Positions 12,195-25,051 of a stretch of DNA of 64,000 nucleotides are shown here, piece after piece. Each line of letters begins with the position of its first letter. Within the stretch, counting starts at the first letter, position 1. This stretch comes from Octopus sinensis (taxonomy: Eukaryota). The DNA lies in contig NC_043017.1 in NCBI RefSeq assembly GCF_006345805.1, forward strand, positions 18,910,001 to 18,974,000. Reading direction: 5' to 3'. The notes under the pieces are model-generated. The model did not search any database. It saw nothing but the letters and a program-made list of their open reading frames with translations, and was not told the origin of the DNA. The position numbers and the translations under genes are program-made.

Positions 12195-13199
12195 CTGTGT
12201 CAGTGTATGAAGAAATATTTAACCATAAATATATTCAGAGGGAGGTAGACAGAACTATCTTTCAAAACTGTATTTTATATAACAACTAATATCTACATTC
12301 ATTAGATAACTTACCACTTTTGTTACAAAAAATACTTAATATATGTTGCTGCTGACATTTTTCCTGGGGAAAGACAAGGTACAGTTTATTGAACATTCTG
12401 GGCAAATAACTAAGAAATGTATTCTCATAAATTGCGATTGTTGATGCCTCCTCTTATGTTTACTGTTTGCTGCCTTCACCTCTATCACCATCTGTCATTC
12501 TTTTTACTCACTCTTGCATGCTGAACTAAACATTAGTTATACCAGTTCTCTTATATTCATCTTCCTATAGTTTGAGTGTATGACCTGACAGAGCTTCCAC
12601 CGCCTGCTCTCTTTTCCAACTGGTGTAATGATGTATCAGTCCTACAGCAAAGCTCATGTTCCTGTCACTCTATTATACTTTAACCTCTGAACAGCTGCAT
12701 AAAGCTACCTCCTTCAATACTGTACCTTAGTCAGTTGAGGGCTTTTGTAAATATGCGATGGCACTAATACTGGTACCATGTAAAAAGGAACCCAGTACAC
12801 TCTGTAAAATGGTTGGTGCTAGAAAGGGCATCTAACTGTAGAAACTATGCCAAGTGAAGTACAGTCTGACAAAGGCAAATAAGTTGTAATTTCAGAGTTG
12901 TCACCGCAAACCTTTTCCTAAGCCAAGTTTAATGAACATATTCTCCAATAAAAGGCATTAAGTAATCAATTTAGTGTTAAATTCTGGTCATAGAGTTACC
13001 AATGGTTTTGCATCCACAAAAGCCACAGCCTTGTGAACAGTTCATTAGACTCTATACAAAGATAAAATTTAACTTTCTACCCCATGGATGAGATTTAATA
13101 GCTAATGTATAAAATTGTTAATGAGGACGGGTTATTTCCACTGGATGAGAAGCTAAAAAACTGTTCCAGACTCATAATAGCCTAACTAGCAAACAGGAA

Positions 13200-13620
13200 G
13201 ATCCAATTTTCCAGTAGGTAGCGCTTGAAAAGGACACATTTAGAGAACATTTCTTCACAGTTATTTAACACACCAAGTTTAGCATAGTCCTTAAGAATTT
13301 TGGTTCTCTCCATGATGCAAATTTTGCAATGGCCACTCCCATTGATATATGAACCTGGATGTTCTATTATTTTCCACCTGACATCACATGGGGTCCCTTG
13401 ATCTTTGAGGTGCCACACATGGGTGATCAGAGACATGACAAAAGGCCTTTCTGAGACTCAGAAAGTTGACTGGTGGTTGTGGAAGTCTTTCTTGAAAGGT
13501 GCACTGGCTGATCCAATATATTTATGAACTTGGGAGTTGGCTATATTCACACTCCTGCAATGATCAGGCAGTGTTATCTCTTATCATTTCTAGTCATATA
13601 GTTGGCAATGATACTGCCGG
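13200..13620 (-). mobile_element. Penelope-like element, GIY-YIG endonuclease fragment
   Basis: HKYIG...FK...HNHQSTF, then SLITHVWHLKD...WKII...Y..G...CKICIMER..IL...LN..EEMFSKC, the pattern of PLE GIY-YIG C-termini. Confidence 0.7.
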
Positions 13621-13859
13621 TGTTAGTGTGTGTGCCATCCTATGACATATATATAGCATAAACACTGAAGACATTGGAAATGTGTTAAATTTTTATACAC
13701 ATATAACTTTTGTTTAAATACAAGTTTAACTTTTTAACATAAGAGATAAATAGTTTTACTATGTACCAATATATATGTGAAAATAAAAATACATAGATAT
13801 GTTTTGTATTATAGTTTTACTGAAAATATATTGGTATATGTAGTCACAAGGTAAGTTTG

Positions 13860-15300
13860 AGTACAGTTGTTGGTTGGATAGGAAAACCAACCAATGGTAG
13901 CCCATAATCCTGCTAAGTATCCTGGTACCAAAGGAGTTCAGGCAGCCTCTAAGTCCTCTTGATAAGTCTCACAATTGTAGAGGAAAGCAAGGAGGATCAG
14001 GGACCGGAAGACTTGAACCTCTCTTGCTTAGATATTGGCAGAGCCAATCATCCTTGTCCATTGAATTCACAACTGCACCAGTACGCCAAAGTCTTTTACA
14101 AATGTTGTACTCACAGTTAATGCTACTATGGATCATGCTACTGAGATAAGTGGTTCAATAACTTTCACATTCTCAACTACAGTAGAGAGACATTATGGAG
14201 TCCTCAGGAAACCAACAAAGTTTGGATCTTTGTTCTGACCTAAGAAATTCTGAGGGCCAGTGGTTCCACTCCATTCACTTAGTGAAAGAAGAGCACTCCT
14301 TAAGACATTCAGAGATTCAGCAAAATCCAGTTCAGTAACGTTGGTTTAACAAATGAGCACTCCACAACTGAATCGAGCCAACATACAGCCAGTTATCCAG
14401 TCAATACAGGCATTGAACAGAGTGGAAGACAAAACACATCTCATGAATTTACCTGGACTTTGCATTGCTGGCTCCAGCTAACCAATGTCCTGAGCTGCAT
14501 TGGTAGACTTACTATTCAAATATTTATCATGTGGCAAAGGAAATGAACTATGTGCTTGTAGATGGGCAGAAGAGGGTCCTACAGAGCTGCAGGATATTTT
14601 AGAATGCTAGCTTCATATGCACTAACCATAGGTTTGTTGTGGCTGAGTTGAGAAAAGGACTGAAGTCTTAGAGGCAGCCAGTCTCGGATTGAATGTCAAC
14701 AAACACAAAGACAACGGTGTAAGCAAGACTGATTTACAGCAGCTTGAAGCCGGTCCCTTGGTCGGACTTGTGGGAAACATATAGGGAGACCTAGCAGTCA
14801 ACTGCTAGGGAGTGTATTGGATTCCAAAAACGGCCAGGAAACATTTCCTCTCCAGAAAGACCTTATTGATGGAGTACAGCTGCAACGCAAGGCTAAGTGG
14901 GCTCCCAGGTGATTTGCTTCTGGGGCTGAGATGGGGAGAATTCAGAGCACTGAAGTTTGACATGGAAAAGCTGGTTCAATGAAACTGAGGAGGCCAAGCT
15001 TCACACCTGACTCACTGCCTACAGAGGGATTCCAGTGCTTTTGAGGGGCAAATTTTCCTCGTTTTTTAATTTTTTTTTTTAGTTTTAGACACTGATGGAA
15101 CACTCCTGACAGAGGAGCCCAAGATGGTCACTTGTTGGGCATTGTACACTAAAGGGTTGCATTAACTGGATTCACCTAAACCTACCAGTCAGCTGTGATC
15201 TGTCATCCATAGATGAGGTTCATATGGTGGTAAGTCAGCTGAGGAGCAGGAAGGTACCTGGAATTTGTAGCATCCACTTTGTGCACGATGGTGAAAGTTA
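13860..15300. mobile_element. Degenerate RTE-type LINE with an internal inversion
   Basis: The minus strand at 13860-14400 gives RT motifs (PTLFNAC, TELDFA, VFRSL...LYNCET). The plus strand at 14400-15300 gives the endonuclease end and RT start (VAKEMNYVLVD...HRFVVAELR; IDEV...LRSRKVPGIC). Confidence 0.7.
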
Positions 15301-15416
15301 GCTTCTTTAACAGTCTCACAACGTGCAAAAGCCTATATCAATGACTTCAAGTATATATAGCATCTCTGTGCACCTTTATCTATAAACACCTCACTCATTT
15401 CGCCAATATTCAGCAA

Positions 15417-15647
15417 TGCGCATGTTTAACCGGAAGTTGAATTCAGACTCTAAACAAAGTGTTTGAACACGAAGTAATAATAATATTATATCCTATGTTT
15501 TAATATATTTATCTCCAGCCTCTTTCTCTCTCTCTCTCTATGTATGTATATACATACATATACAGGCACACGCAGTGGAAGTAATTTTCTGTTCAGCAAC
15601 ACGACCACCGTCTTTAACTTACTAATCATAGTTTTCATTCATATGAG
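15417..15647 (+). promoter_or_regulatory. ZNF4 promoter motif and exon 1
   Basis: TGCGCATG at 15417, CCGGAAGT at 15430, donor GAG|GTATTT at 15647/15648. Confidence 0.72.
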
Positions 15648-15814
15648 GTATTTTCTTTTATTGAATTTTCACATTTAAAGGTCGTTTCTACTTGTCATCC
15701 ACCATTGAGTAGTTTAAGATATCATTTTCAGATATCATGAAAGAGTGAAGTTGAAAGAGATTTGTTCAAAGAAAATAAGGATAAAATATATGAATTGGTG
15801 AGAGCGGAACCATT

Positions 15815-17002
15815 ATGGAAAATACATTAAGTGAGACACCAATTACGATTAAGACAGCGATTGAAAGCATTGATATTTCTGACGCGATGTCAAAAGAGAT
15901 GAGAAAAACTTCAAACCACTGTGACATCTGTGGTAAATCATTTTCTCTAAAGAAATCTTTAACTGCTCACAAACGTATTCATACAGGAGTGAAGCCATAT
16001 CAGTGTAATATCTGTGGTAAAGCTTTTTATCGAAGTACTTACTTAACTATTCACATACGCACTCATACAGGAGAGAAGCCTTATGACTGTGATGTCTGTG
16101 GCAAATCATTTGCTCGAAGTCATCAGTTGACTGTACATAAATACATTCACACAGGAGGACAACCTTGTCATTGTGATATCTGTGGTAAATCTATGTCTTC
16201 AAAGAGTAAATTAACAGTACACAAACGATTTCATACTGGGGAGAAGCCATTTCAGTGTGATATTTGTGGTAAATCATACTCTATTAGTAGTCATTTAACA
16301 TCTCACAAATATTTTCATACAGGAGAGCAACCATATCACTGTGATATTTGTGGTAAATCTTTCTCAGCAAATAGTCAGTTAACAATACACAAACGCATTC
16401 ATACAGGAGAAAAGCCATATCATTGTGATATCTGTGGTAAATCATTGTCTGACCCACGTAACTTGAGTAGTCATAAACGTGTTCATACAGGAGAAAAACG
16501 ATATCTTTGTGATGTCTGTGGTAAATCATTCTCTCGAGGTGGACATTTAACAGCTCACAAATGCACTCACACAGGAATGAAGCCACATGCCTGTGATATC
16601 TGTGGTAAATCATTCTCTACAAGTCCTGAATTAACTGCTCACATACGCATTCACACAGGAGACAAGCCTTATTCATGTGATATCTGTGACAAGTCATTTT
16701 CTCGTAGAGAAGCATTATCTGCTCACAAACGAATTCATACTGGTGAGAAGCCATATCACTGTGATATCTGTGGTAAATCATTCACGACATCAACTAACTT
16801 AACTAAACACAAACGCAGTCATACAGGGGAGAAGCCATACTGTTGCGATATCTGTGGTAAATCATATACTACAAGAAATAGCTTAACTGCACACAAACAC
16901 ATTCACACAGGAAAGAAACCATATCACTGTGATGTCTGTGGGACATCATTTTCTCAGAAACGCAGCTTAAAGATGCACGTTTGTATTCATTCAGAAGAAT
17001 AA
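15815..17002 (+). CDS. C2H2 zinc-finger protein (ZNF4), 395 aa, 13 fingers
   Basis: Intact ORF. Promoter motif at 15417, donor at 15648, candidate acceptor at 15730-15731 (84-nt intron). Confidence 0.95.
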   Translation: MENTLSETPITIKTAIESIDISDAMSKEMRKTSNHCDICGKSFSLKKSLTAHKRIHTGVKPYQCNICGKAFYRSTYLTIHIRTHTGEKPYDCDVCGKSFARSHQLTVHKYIHTGGQPCHCDICGKSMSSKSKLTVHKRFHTGEKPFQCDICGKSYSISSHLTSHKYFHTGEQPYHCDICGKSFSANSQLTIHKRIHTGEKPYHCDICGKSLSDPRNLSSHKRVHTGEKRYLCDVCGKSFSRGGHLTAHKCTHTGMKPHACDICGKSFSTSPELTAHIRIHTGDKPYSCDICDKSFSRREALSAHKRIHTGEKPYHCDICGKSFTTSTNLTKHKRSHTGEKPYCCDICGKSYTTRNSLTAHKHIHTGKKPYHCDVCGTSFSQKRSLKMHVCIHSEE

Positions 17003-18079
17003 CTGTCAGCGTATGAAGTTATGCGATGAAGAAATACCTACTCATACATGTATTCACAGAAGAAGGTAGACACGACTATCTTTCATGACTGAATTCAGTT
17101 TGATATTTTTAGTAAAAGTAATTTCAGAATATACTTCTGTATTTTGTAGCTTAAAATATTTCCTGGGGTAAGCAACAGTAGATTTATTGGACACTGTGGG
17201 TAAATAACTGAGAAGTGTATTATACATCTTCAGTAGCCACTCTGTACAGGTATTATGTTTGAATGTGGTGCAGCAAAATCTGGATGGATGGATAGGCCAC
17301 ACCTTAAGAAAACCCAAATCATCCTAACCTGAAATCTTCAAAGGCTGGTTATGAAAAAATAAGGATCCATCTGGCAAGAAGAAACTATTTCATACCCCCT
17401 TTGGAATATAAGTATGATGTCTTATTTATAGTCTTTGTTTTCTATATATTCTTTCATGTATATACTTCAGCAAATTAACAAAAGTAATGACTTCAACAAT
17501 TTCTGTCGGATAGCTTTTTGGTGAACCTGACAGTAGTTTTGGTGTTTGTACATTATCTTCTCTATATTCATTCATGTATCTATTCTATATCCTGTGAAAA
17601 ATGTTACGTATTTTTCTGAATGTTTCATGTTTTAGATAATAAAATAAAAACTTATTAATATGTCTTGGTATCAACTTTGTAAAAACATATTCGTTCTATT
17701 GTATAATCCTACAAAAAAAAAAAAAAAGTAATGATCATCAACAAGGTATTTCTATCACAGATATTTTTGTTATGGACCAAAAAGTATTTCTGATGCTGAT
17801 TTCAAAACCTTCATTTTCACAGTAGCATGTATGATTTTTGTGACAAAATTCATTTTTTAATGATTATAATTGAAATATTTTTTGCTCATACTATTGCTAT
17901 TTTAATAATGTCTTGTAATTATAAAAGTCATCTTGACATTTTCTTTTGTGTTTGTGGTACTAAGGCACACTAGTGAACTGTTGCAACAGATCTTATGAAA
18001 TATTCCAGATTTGATTTTGTTAGTGGCCACCACATTGAATCTATTCTGCCTGTTCAAATAGAGACTACATAACTGATTA

Positions 18080-18620
18080 TAAGGACAAGAAAGGTAATCA
18101 GTATCATATCTACTTCTCTCCCTAAGGAGCATAGGCCATCTCATTTTTCTCCACTATTCTCAGTTCTGGGCTGTCTTTTCTGCTTCTATCCAGTTAGATC
18201 TCTATTTTTTCAGGTATATCTCAGTATCCCATCTCCTTTGTTGGTTGTAGGTCAGGGCCTGATATGTAATGCAAGATGTTAGTGGCCTTAAGGTATGGCT
18301 TAGCCATCCTTTCAGGTTTTGCTGCACCATTTCATATGTTGTCCCGAGGAAAAGCCTTCCTGTTCCAGATTATGGTGTTTTGAATTGTCATTGATGTTTT
18401 TGTAATTTTACATTTTTCAAGGTAGAGATGTTGGCCCTAATCAAACACATTTTTATCTCTGGGAAGAGTGTGTCCGTTATTATTCTATCTGTTTTCCATT
18501 GACCTGTTCAGCATGAGGCCATGCCAGAAGCTTATGCTCTGCTGGTATAGCTCTCTGTGTCACTGAGGCACAGAAGCCTTCACACCACATCAAAGACTGG
18601 ACCTTGTGGTGGGAAAATCA
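18080..18620 (-). mobile_element. Old RTE-type LINE C-terminal/3' fragment
   Basis: Degenerate W..HTLR...ITYQALTYNQQ motif resembling RTE C-termini. Confidence 0.5.
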
Positions 18621-18849
18621 TCATAGTGTCTGCTAATTGTGTAATTTTAACATAATTGAATGTGTCTGTTTAAATGTATATTCTGCATGTTGACCAAGGT
18701 GACATGATGGCCCCAATGCTCATTTCCTTACCCTCATGTGATGGATTAACTTTTAAATATGAGGAAATGGAGGTTAATGAATGTACAATTAGTGGAGGTT
18801 TTTTAATGGTCCTCAATTACATATTTGAAGAAAATATGGAGCCTAGGTT

Positions 18850-19345
18850 ATTTATTGTTGAGCATTTTATGTTGGCAGAGCTTCTCACTTGAAAGAAGGT
18901 AACTGACTTGACCAAAGTGTACAAGTGAGTCATTATCCAAAATAGAAAATTAAATTTGGCAACATGCTTTGCAGCAGATGGTTCACTCTGCTATTACAAT
19001 GACATCAGTGTTCACAGAGTTGTCTCATTCTTCTAGAGCCTCTTTGATTTGATTCATCACAAGCTTGAAAGCAGCTCTGCAGCATAATGGTCACATCATG
19101 CCATACACCCCTGTTGCTCACTTTGTTCATCTAAATATGATGCAATAACATGGATATACTGCTTGATACCATTCAATATCATATTCAATGGAATCTCAGT
19201 GCCATCAAAATGTCCATAACTTTCATGTGTAATATACAAGTCCTAGCATTGTTTACATTACCACCAGAATATCAATGCTAACCTTTGTTTACACATTAAT
19301 GGCTACATAAACCAAGGACAACAACTTGGGATATGTACAAGTGAG
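18850..19345 (+). mobile_element. Degenerate DNA-transposase fragment, Chapaev3-like (CMC superfamily)
   Basis: Frameshifted AELL..LKE.NLLD; LCYYNDI; LFD.SSQSLKAALQHNG..P..P.AHFVHL; GQQLGY. This matches the remembered EWRLFIDSS..SLKAVLLHNGN signature; the family name is from memory. Confidence 0.55.
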
Positions 19346-21005
19346 ACTAGATTTGATAGATTAGTGGACCATTGCATGTTCCTTTGTCTCAATTTCAATT
19401 CGGTTTCTATATTGGATTACCTTCCTAATACTAACCACTTAACAGTGTACTGAGTGCATTTTTTTTCATGGCACCAGCACTCAAGAGGATGTTTTGCTCT
19501 CAACAAATTCTTAAGTCCCCTCAAACCTGACTTTGTCTTTGCTCAATCCACCAAACACTTTACAATGTACTTAGGGCATTTTTTCATGGATCCAGCCCTA
19601 ATGAGGTCATCTTGTAACTCACAGGGCAAAAGAACCTCCACCAAAAGAAAAAAGAGTAATAACTTTAGGGGAAGTTTTAGAAATTACAGTATGATGGTAT
19701 TAAGGAGATGTACTTGCATAGCAAGTTATCTGATCTGAGATTGTGTGCTGGAACGAAAACAATTGCAGCGTGCAAGGTGTTTATAAGCCATTTAAGAAAA
19801 ACACAAAAACCGTTAGATTCACTTCAACATTTAAGTCAAAATATTTTCATCACTTTGAGACCGTGACCTGTTCACTGACAAAATTCCGTGCTGCATCTGA
19901 GAAAGTAAGTTAGTTCATGATATATAGGTACGTATGTATGTATGTGTGTGTACATGTATATGTATGTGTGCATGCCTATACGCATGTATGTATGTGAGTA
20001 TTTAGGTAAGTGTGTACACATGTATATACATAAGATATGATGTCACTAAAGAGGGATAGATTATTTCCTTCCGTTTAGTGGTATGTGAAAACATGTAGGT
20101 AATTACAAACGTGTGTGTATGTAGTATAGAACTGGTCAATACTGAAAGCAATGCCATCTTAATTCCCTATGAAGAAATAAACTGGAGACAGACTTAAGTG
20201 TGTGGGTGTGTCTAAGAGTATCGACTCTTTTATCTCTGGTAACAAAAAAATCTAGGTACTCGAGAAAAACGTGGTTTCTGCAGAGTGTTGATAGGGCAAT
20301 AAATGGTGTTGGGGTTGAGGCATGAAAGAACTGAATGGTTTGAAATGGAGTCAAAGTAAGTTGTAGACTTAGCACACAAAGTACGACACGGGATGAACGA
20401 AGTCATGTCGCCTCTATGTTACACAAACAGTGATCGATTAAATGCCCTAACACACACCTCGTCTTTGTCACTGAGTACATATAGCTTTCCTTTACCATCA
20501 AGAATTACTGCTAGATGATGTTTCTCCAACAGTTGCTGTCGAGCTCGACAATTAGTTCTCTCTGCCGCGATAATTTGTCTGCTTTCCTCTACCAATCACT
20601 TTCAACCTAGAAATGTCTTTGTCAACCAATGTAGGAAGTCATAAACTGAGGCCATCTTCACCTGCTAACGTACTGCATTTTTTCCATATTATTTTGAATA
20701 CTTTTGCAAACGTAGATTTGTCCACACATGCTCTTTCTCCATCTCATTCTTTCACTCTGACTGACTACTATACATTTTATAAGAAACATTTTGAAGGAAT
20801 AAATGCATTTTAATTGGATTTATGTAGTGTTGTAATGTTTATTCAGCAATTTCACGTAACAACAACCAACTACACTACTACACAGTCATTGGACTCTCAG
20901 AGTCAGTGGAATCTCTGAACAATGGACTGAGAATAATTGGGGATATGTAAAAAATAGACTTGGTTAAAATAACTGGAGCGAAACTTGAAATGTAAGTGCA
21001 TAAAA

Positions 21006-21180
21006 AGGCCCGAAATTTTGGGAGAGGGGGGAGGCAGTCGATTAGATCGACTCCAGTGCGCAATTGGTACTTAATTTATCGACCCCAAAAGGTTAAGTTG
21101 ACTTCGGCGGAATTTGAACTGAGAATATAAAGACAAACGAAATAACGCTAAGAATTTCGCCCGGTGTGCTAACGTTTCCA
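21006..21180 (-). mobile_element. tRNA-derived SINE copy
   Basis: Reverse complement of the 48085 SINE (GTTCAAATTCCGCCGAAGTC, GGGGTCGATAAATTAAGTACC). Confidence 0.85.
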
Positions 21181-22893
21181 CCATTATTACACATTACTCT
21201 TTTTTTTAATCGCTGAAGTATAATGTTTAGACTATATTACAACGTCATCCTAAAAAAAGAACAGGTTTTATTGAAAAAAATGAAAACTCATGAAAATATA
21301 ATTGAAAGTAAATATCTTCACCACGTTACATAGAAAGGTTTCCATATAGAAATGACATCGTAATTTAATTTAATATTGATTTATTTTCATTTTCAAACTC
21401 GAAAATTATTCTAAAAACGGGGAGGATTACTGAAACATTAGATGTTCCGATACTATTTTTTAGTGATGTGAACAAAAATAGGGACCATGAAATCTCACAT
21501 TTACCTCTTTTTAGAAGATAAAAGAAACCAGAATGTATTTAAAGACTTATGCTGAAAGCAGAGAGTGAGAGTTTATTGTTAAGACTAGCTAAATTATTCT
21601 ATTGTTTGTATGGATATGTTCAAAGATAAAGGGAAGAAAGTGAAATAAAGAAGAAATTTTCCTAAAGTAACGATGTTGTCTTAATTCATATACGGTCGTA
21701 GCATAACCACATAACTTGGCGATAGTAATATCTGACCAGAGGTACTACGGCTATCCTGTACAGCAGACGAATACATCGGTGATGTAGCTAGCCTCGTTCT
21801 GAGCTACAAACACGCCACGATCGCTGTCAGCTACAGAGCCCTGGTTAAGAAACACCCTCTTTGCAACTGCACAACGAACCATCTTCCATATTTGCTGCTG
21901 GCATTTTAATGAAAAACATGTCTACATCAACATAAAATCTATGGGTTTGTATATGAAAATATCTTATTATCGCATACATACTGTTAATACGAGTTTTATA
22001 TGTTACTCCTCAGTGTAAAAGCATGGAAACTTTGTACGTAACACACGTATTTTGGATCATGTCATATGCTTCCACCACAAAAGGTGACCGCTGTAAAGGT
22101 TCTACAGTAATTCAATACTACCTGTTTTTCCATCTAACAATACGTACTGGAACAGCCAACAACAACTGCTATACGGTAGTCTATTATATGTAATATAAGT
22201 GAGTTGAAAAACTTGTGTAGCTGTTATTAGACTTTAGTAGCATGACGTCATGGTCATGTCGGTTGTCTTTTGGGTAAATTTTCAGAGAAAATTTACAGTC
22301 TTTTGTTTATAAATGTCTTAGACTTTTTCTTTGGTCGATTTTACTGTCCCTACATCGAATCTGACCTTCGTGAAAATTTTCTTTTCCTTAGGAAAGTATC
22401 TTGGCATCGGGTTTACGGCAGTTGTAAGAACTTGATTTTTGGCAAGGTGGGGGTGAATTTTTGAAAATTATTTTTTTACAGAATCGGATCCTCCATAACC
22501 AAAAACGTGGGATTTCGTAAAGAAGATCGATATATATATACATTTTACCGTAAGTTATGATGGAAAAATCGGATCTTGCGAATTTTCCGAAAGTCTCCTC
22601 CTCATTCACACCCAGGGTTATCAGCGCGCATTTTTTATATTCGTTTTCCACATACTTGTTAAACCCCCCCCCCCCCCAGGCTGGTTAATTGTTTTTGTTC
22701 CCGGGTAAGGATCTTTATATTGACCCCTTTTAAAACATGTTTTTTCTTCCTTATGATAAGTACTGCAATTTCTTTATTCTTAAGATAAACATAACTTCCT
22801 AATTTCCCTTGTTCAGATGTCCACCTCGCTGTCGAAAACACCTTATCCCATTTAAACAGTCTTATATCGTGCTAGTGAAATGGGGAAATTGAG

Positions 22894-22976
22894 ACTTTCA
22901 CCCGCACGATTTTCATTAAAGACAAAAAAAAAAACATTCAGATTGTTTCCTTAGTGAAAATCGTGCGGGTGAAAGT
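22894..22976. repeat. Mini inverted repeat, 26-bp arms with 1 mismatch and a 31-nt spacer
   Basis: ACTTTCACCCGCACGATTTTCATTAA / TTAGTGAAAATCGTGCGGGTGAAAGT. Confidence 0.85.
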
Positions 22977-24016
22977 ATCAAAATTGGAAAGACTTCAAAT
23001 TTACTGTGAACTGTTGGTAGCATCAACTTCATTGTCGAACGCTATTACGAGTGTATATTACAACTGTAACTTCTCGCAATCAGGTCATCAAGACATAGCG
23101 AATTTATATAGATTAATATGAAGATCTTTATATTAACGAAATTCTGGTGTACATTGATCCAGAATCCATAATATGCCGTGCATATGTGTCAATATTTTTA
23201 ACATTGCGAATTTGGATTTCAAAGGATTTCCAATATTTAAAAAGGTTGAATCAAAATAAACCTTTTTTCCATAATCACATGAACTCTTGTGTGTAGAACA
23301 TAAATTCATAAAGGTTTTCTGAAAATTCAAAAGTACAGAAAATGTTATGAAGGGTTACAAGGGGTGCTTAAAATTTTCATCCTTTTGAGATCAATAATAA
23401 TAATGAGTACCAGCTAAGTACTGGGGTCAATATAATCAGCTCTCCCCATCCCCAGATTTCCAGGCCTTGTGCCTATATTAGAAAGGATTTTTCATTATTC
23501 TTAAGGTGGGGAGTAGTCAGAATCCTTAGTCCATCACATAAAATGCTTAACAGTATTTTTTCTCACTCTTTACACATCTCATTGAAGTCAGGTTTGTCTT
23601 TCACCCTTTTTGGGTTGATTAAGGGAAGTGCTACCAGAGATTATGCCAAAAATTCGAAACAAATAAAAGAAATGTAACAAAATGTCTACTTTTTATAGAA
23701 ATATCCTCTATATTTTATATTTGTTCTTTTATTTCAGAATATAGATGATGTTGCCATAAAAGAATTATTTGCCTGAGATCCATCAATATTTATCATCTTG
23801 TGAGGACAGAAAGACTCAATGGAGAAAAGATTACCAGCAAAAAACAGAGATTAATAGCTGAATTTTCTGTCTGGAATGTGTACAAAATGAATTTATATTC
23901 TAATTAAAATTGGATTACAAAGGAGTTTGCAGCATCTTCAAATATTAATCAAGATCACAGTTGACAAAACTATAGCAGAAGAAAAAACATCTCCATATTG
24001 TGGAGAGTGATAAAGA

Positions 24017-24955
24017 ATGACGGAAAACAAAATGTGTGAAAAAAAAGCCCAATATAATACACAGTGGCAAAGAATGAATTTCCCCAATGATATTAAGAAA
24101 GAGAAGGGGAATATATTATATCAGTGTGACATCTGTAAAAAGTCATTCTCTTATAAATGTAACTTTACAACTCACAAACTTATTCATACAGGAGAGATGC
24201 CATATGACTGTGATATGTGTGGCAAATCGTTCTTTCAGAGAAGTGAGTTAACTGCACACAAACATATTCATATAGGAGATAAGCCACATCACTGTGATAT
24301 CTGTGGTAAATCCTTCTCTACAAATAGAAACTTAACTTACCATAAACGTATTCATACAGGAGAGAAGCCATATCACTGTGATATCTGTGGTAAATCATTC
24401 TCTCAAAGTGGTAACTTAACTTACCATAAACATACTCATACAGGAGAGAAGCCATATGACTGTCGTATCTGTGGTAAATCATTCTTTCGAAGTAGTGCGT
24501 TAACTGTACACAGACGTATTCATACAGGGGAGAAACCATTTCGCTGTGATATCTGTGGTAAATCATACTCTGTAAGTAGTAACTTAACTTACCATATGCA
24601 TACTCATACAGGAGAGAAGCCATTTGACTGTAATATCTGTGGTAAGTCTTTCTTTCGAAGTAGTGAGTTAACTGTACACAAACGTATTCATACAGGAGAG
24701 AAGCCATATGTCTGTGATATCTGTGGTAAATCATTCTCTCAACTTAATCCCTTAACTAAACATAAACGTGTTCATACAGGAGAGAAGCCATATGACTGTG
24801 ATATCTGTGGTAAATCATTCTCTCGATGTAGTCACTTGACTAGGCATAGACATATTCATACAGGAGAGAAACCACATGACTGTGATGTGTGTGGTAAATC
24901 ATTTGCTGAGAAAAGTCATCTAAAGAGACATATCAGTGTTCATCATGATGTGTGA
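24017..24955 (+). CDS. C2H2 zinc-finger protein (ZNF5), 312 aa, 10 fingers
   Basis: Intact ORF. Conserved acceptor at 23736-23737; no cassette promoter or exon 1 recognised upstream. Confidence 0.93.
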   Translation: MTENKMCEKKAQYNTQWQRMNFPNDIKKEKGNILYQCDICKKSFSYKCNFTTHKLIHTGEMPYDCDMCGKSFFQRSELTAHKHIHIGDKPHHCDICGKSFSTNRNLTYHKRIHTGEKPYHCDICGKSFSQSGNLTYHKHTHTGEKPYDCRICGKSFFRSSALTVHRRIHTGEKPFRCDICGKSYSVSSNLTYHMHTHTGEKPFDCNICGKSFFRSSELTVHKRIHTGEKPYVCDICGKSFSQLNPLTKHKRVHTGEKPYDCDICGKSFSRCSHLTRHRHIHTGEKPHDCDVCGKSFAEKSHLKRHISVHHDV

Positions 24956-25051
24956 TTCTGTATCAAAATTCAGCTTGTATGCTAATAAAATCCTAATAAC
25001 TGGTTCAACTGAATGTTTGTTGATCAAATTACTTTTTTTTGTTTTTCTTGT

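Noticed and set aside
20537-20550. 14-bp perfect palindrome TGTCGAGCTCGACA
   Set aside because: Single short occurrence with no supporting context.
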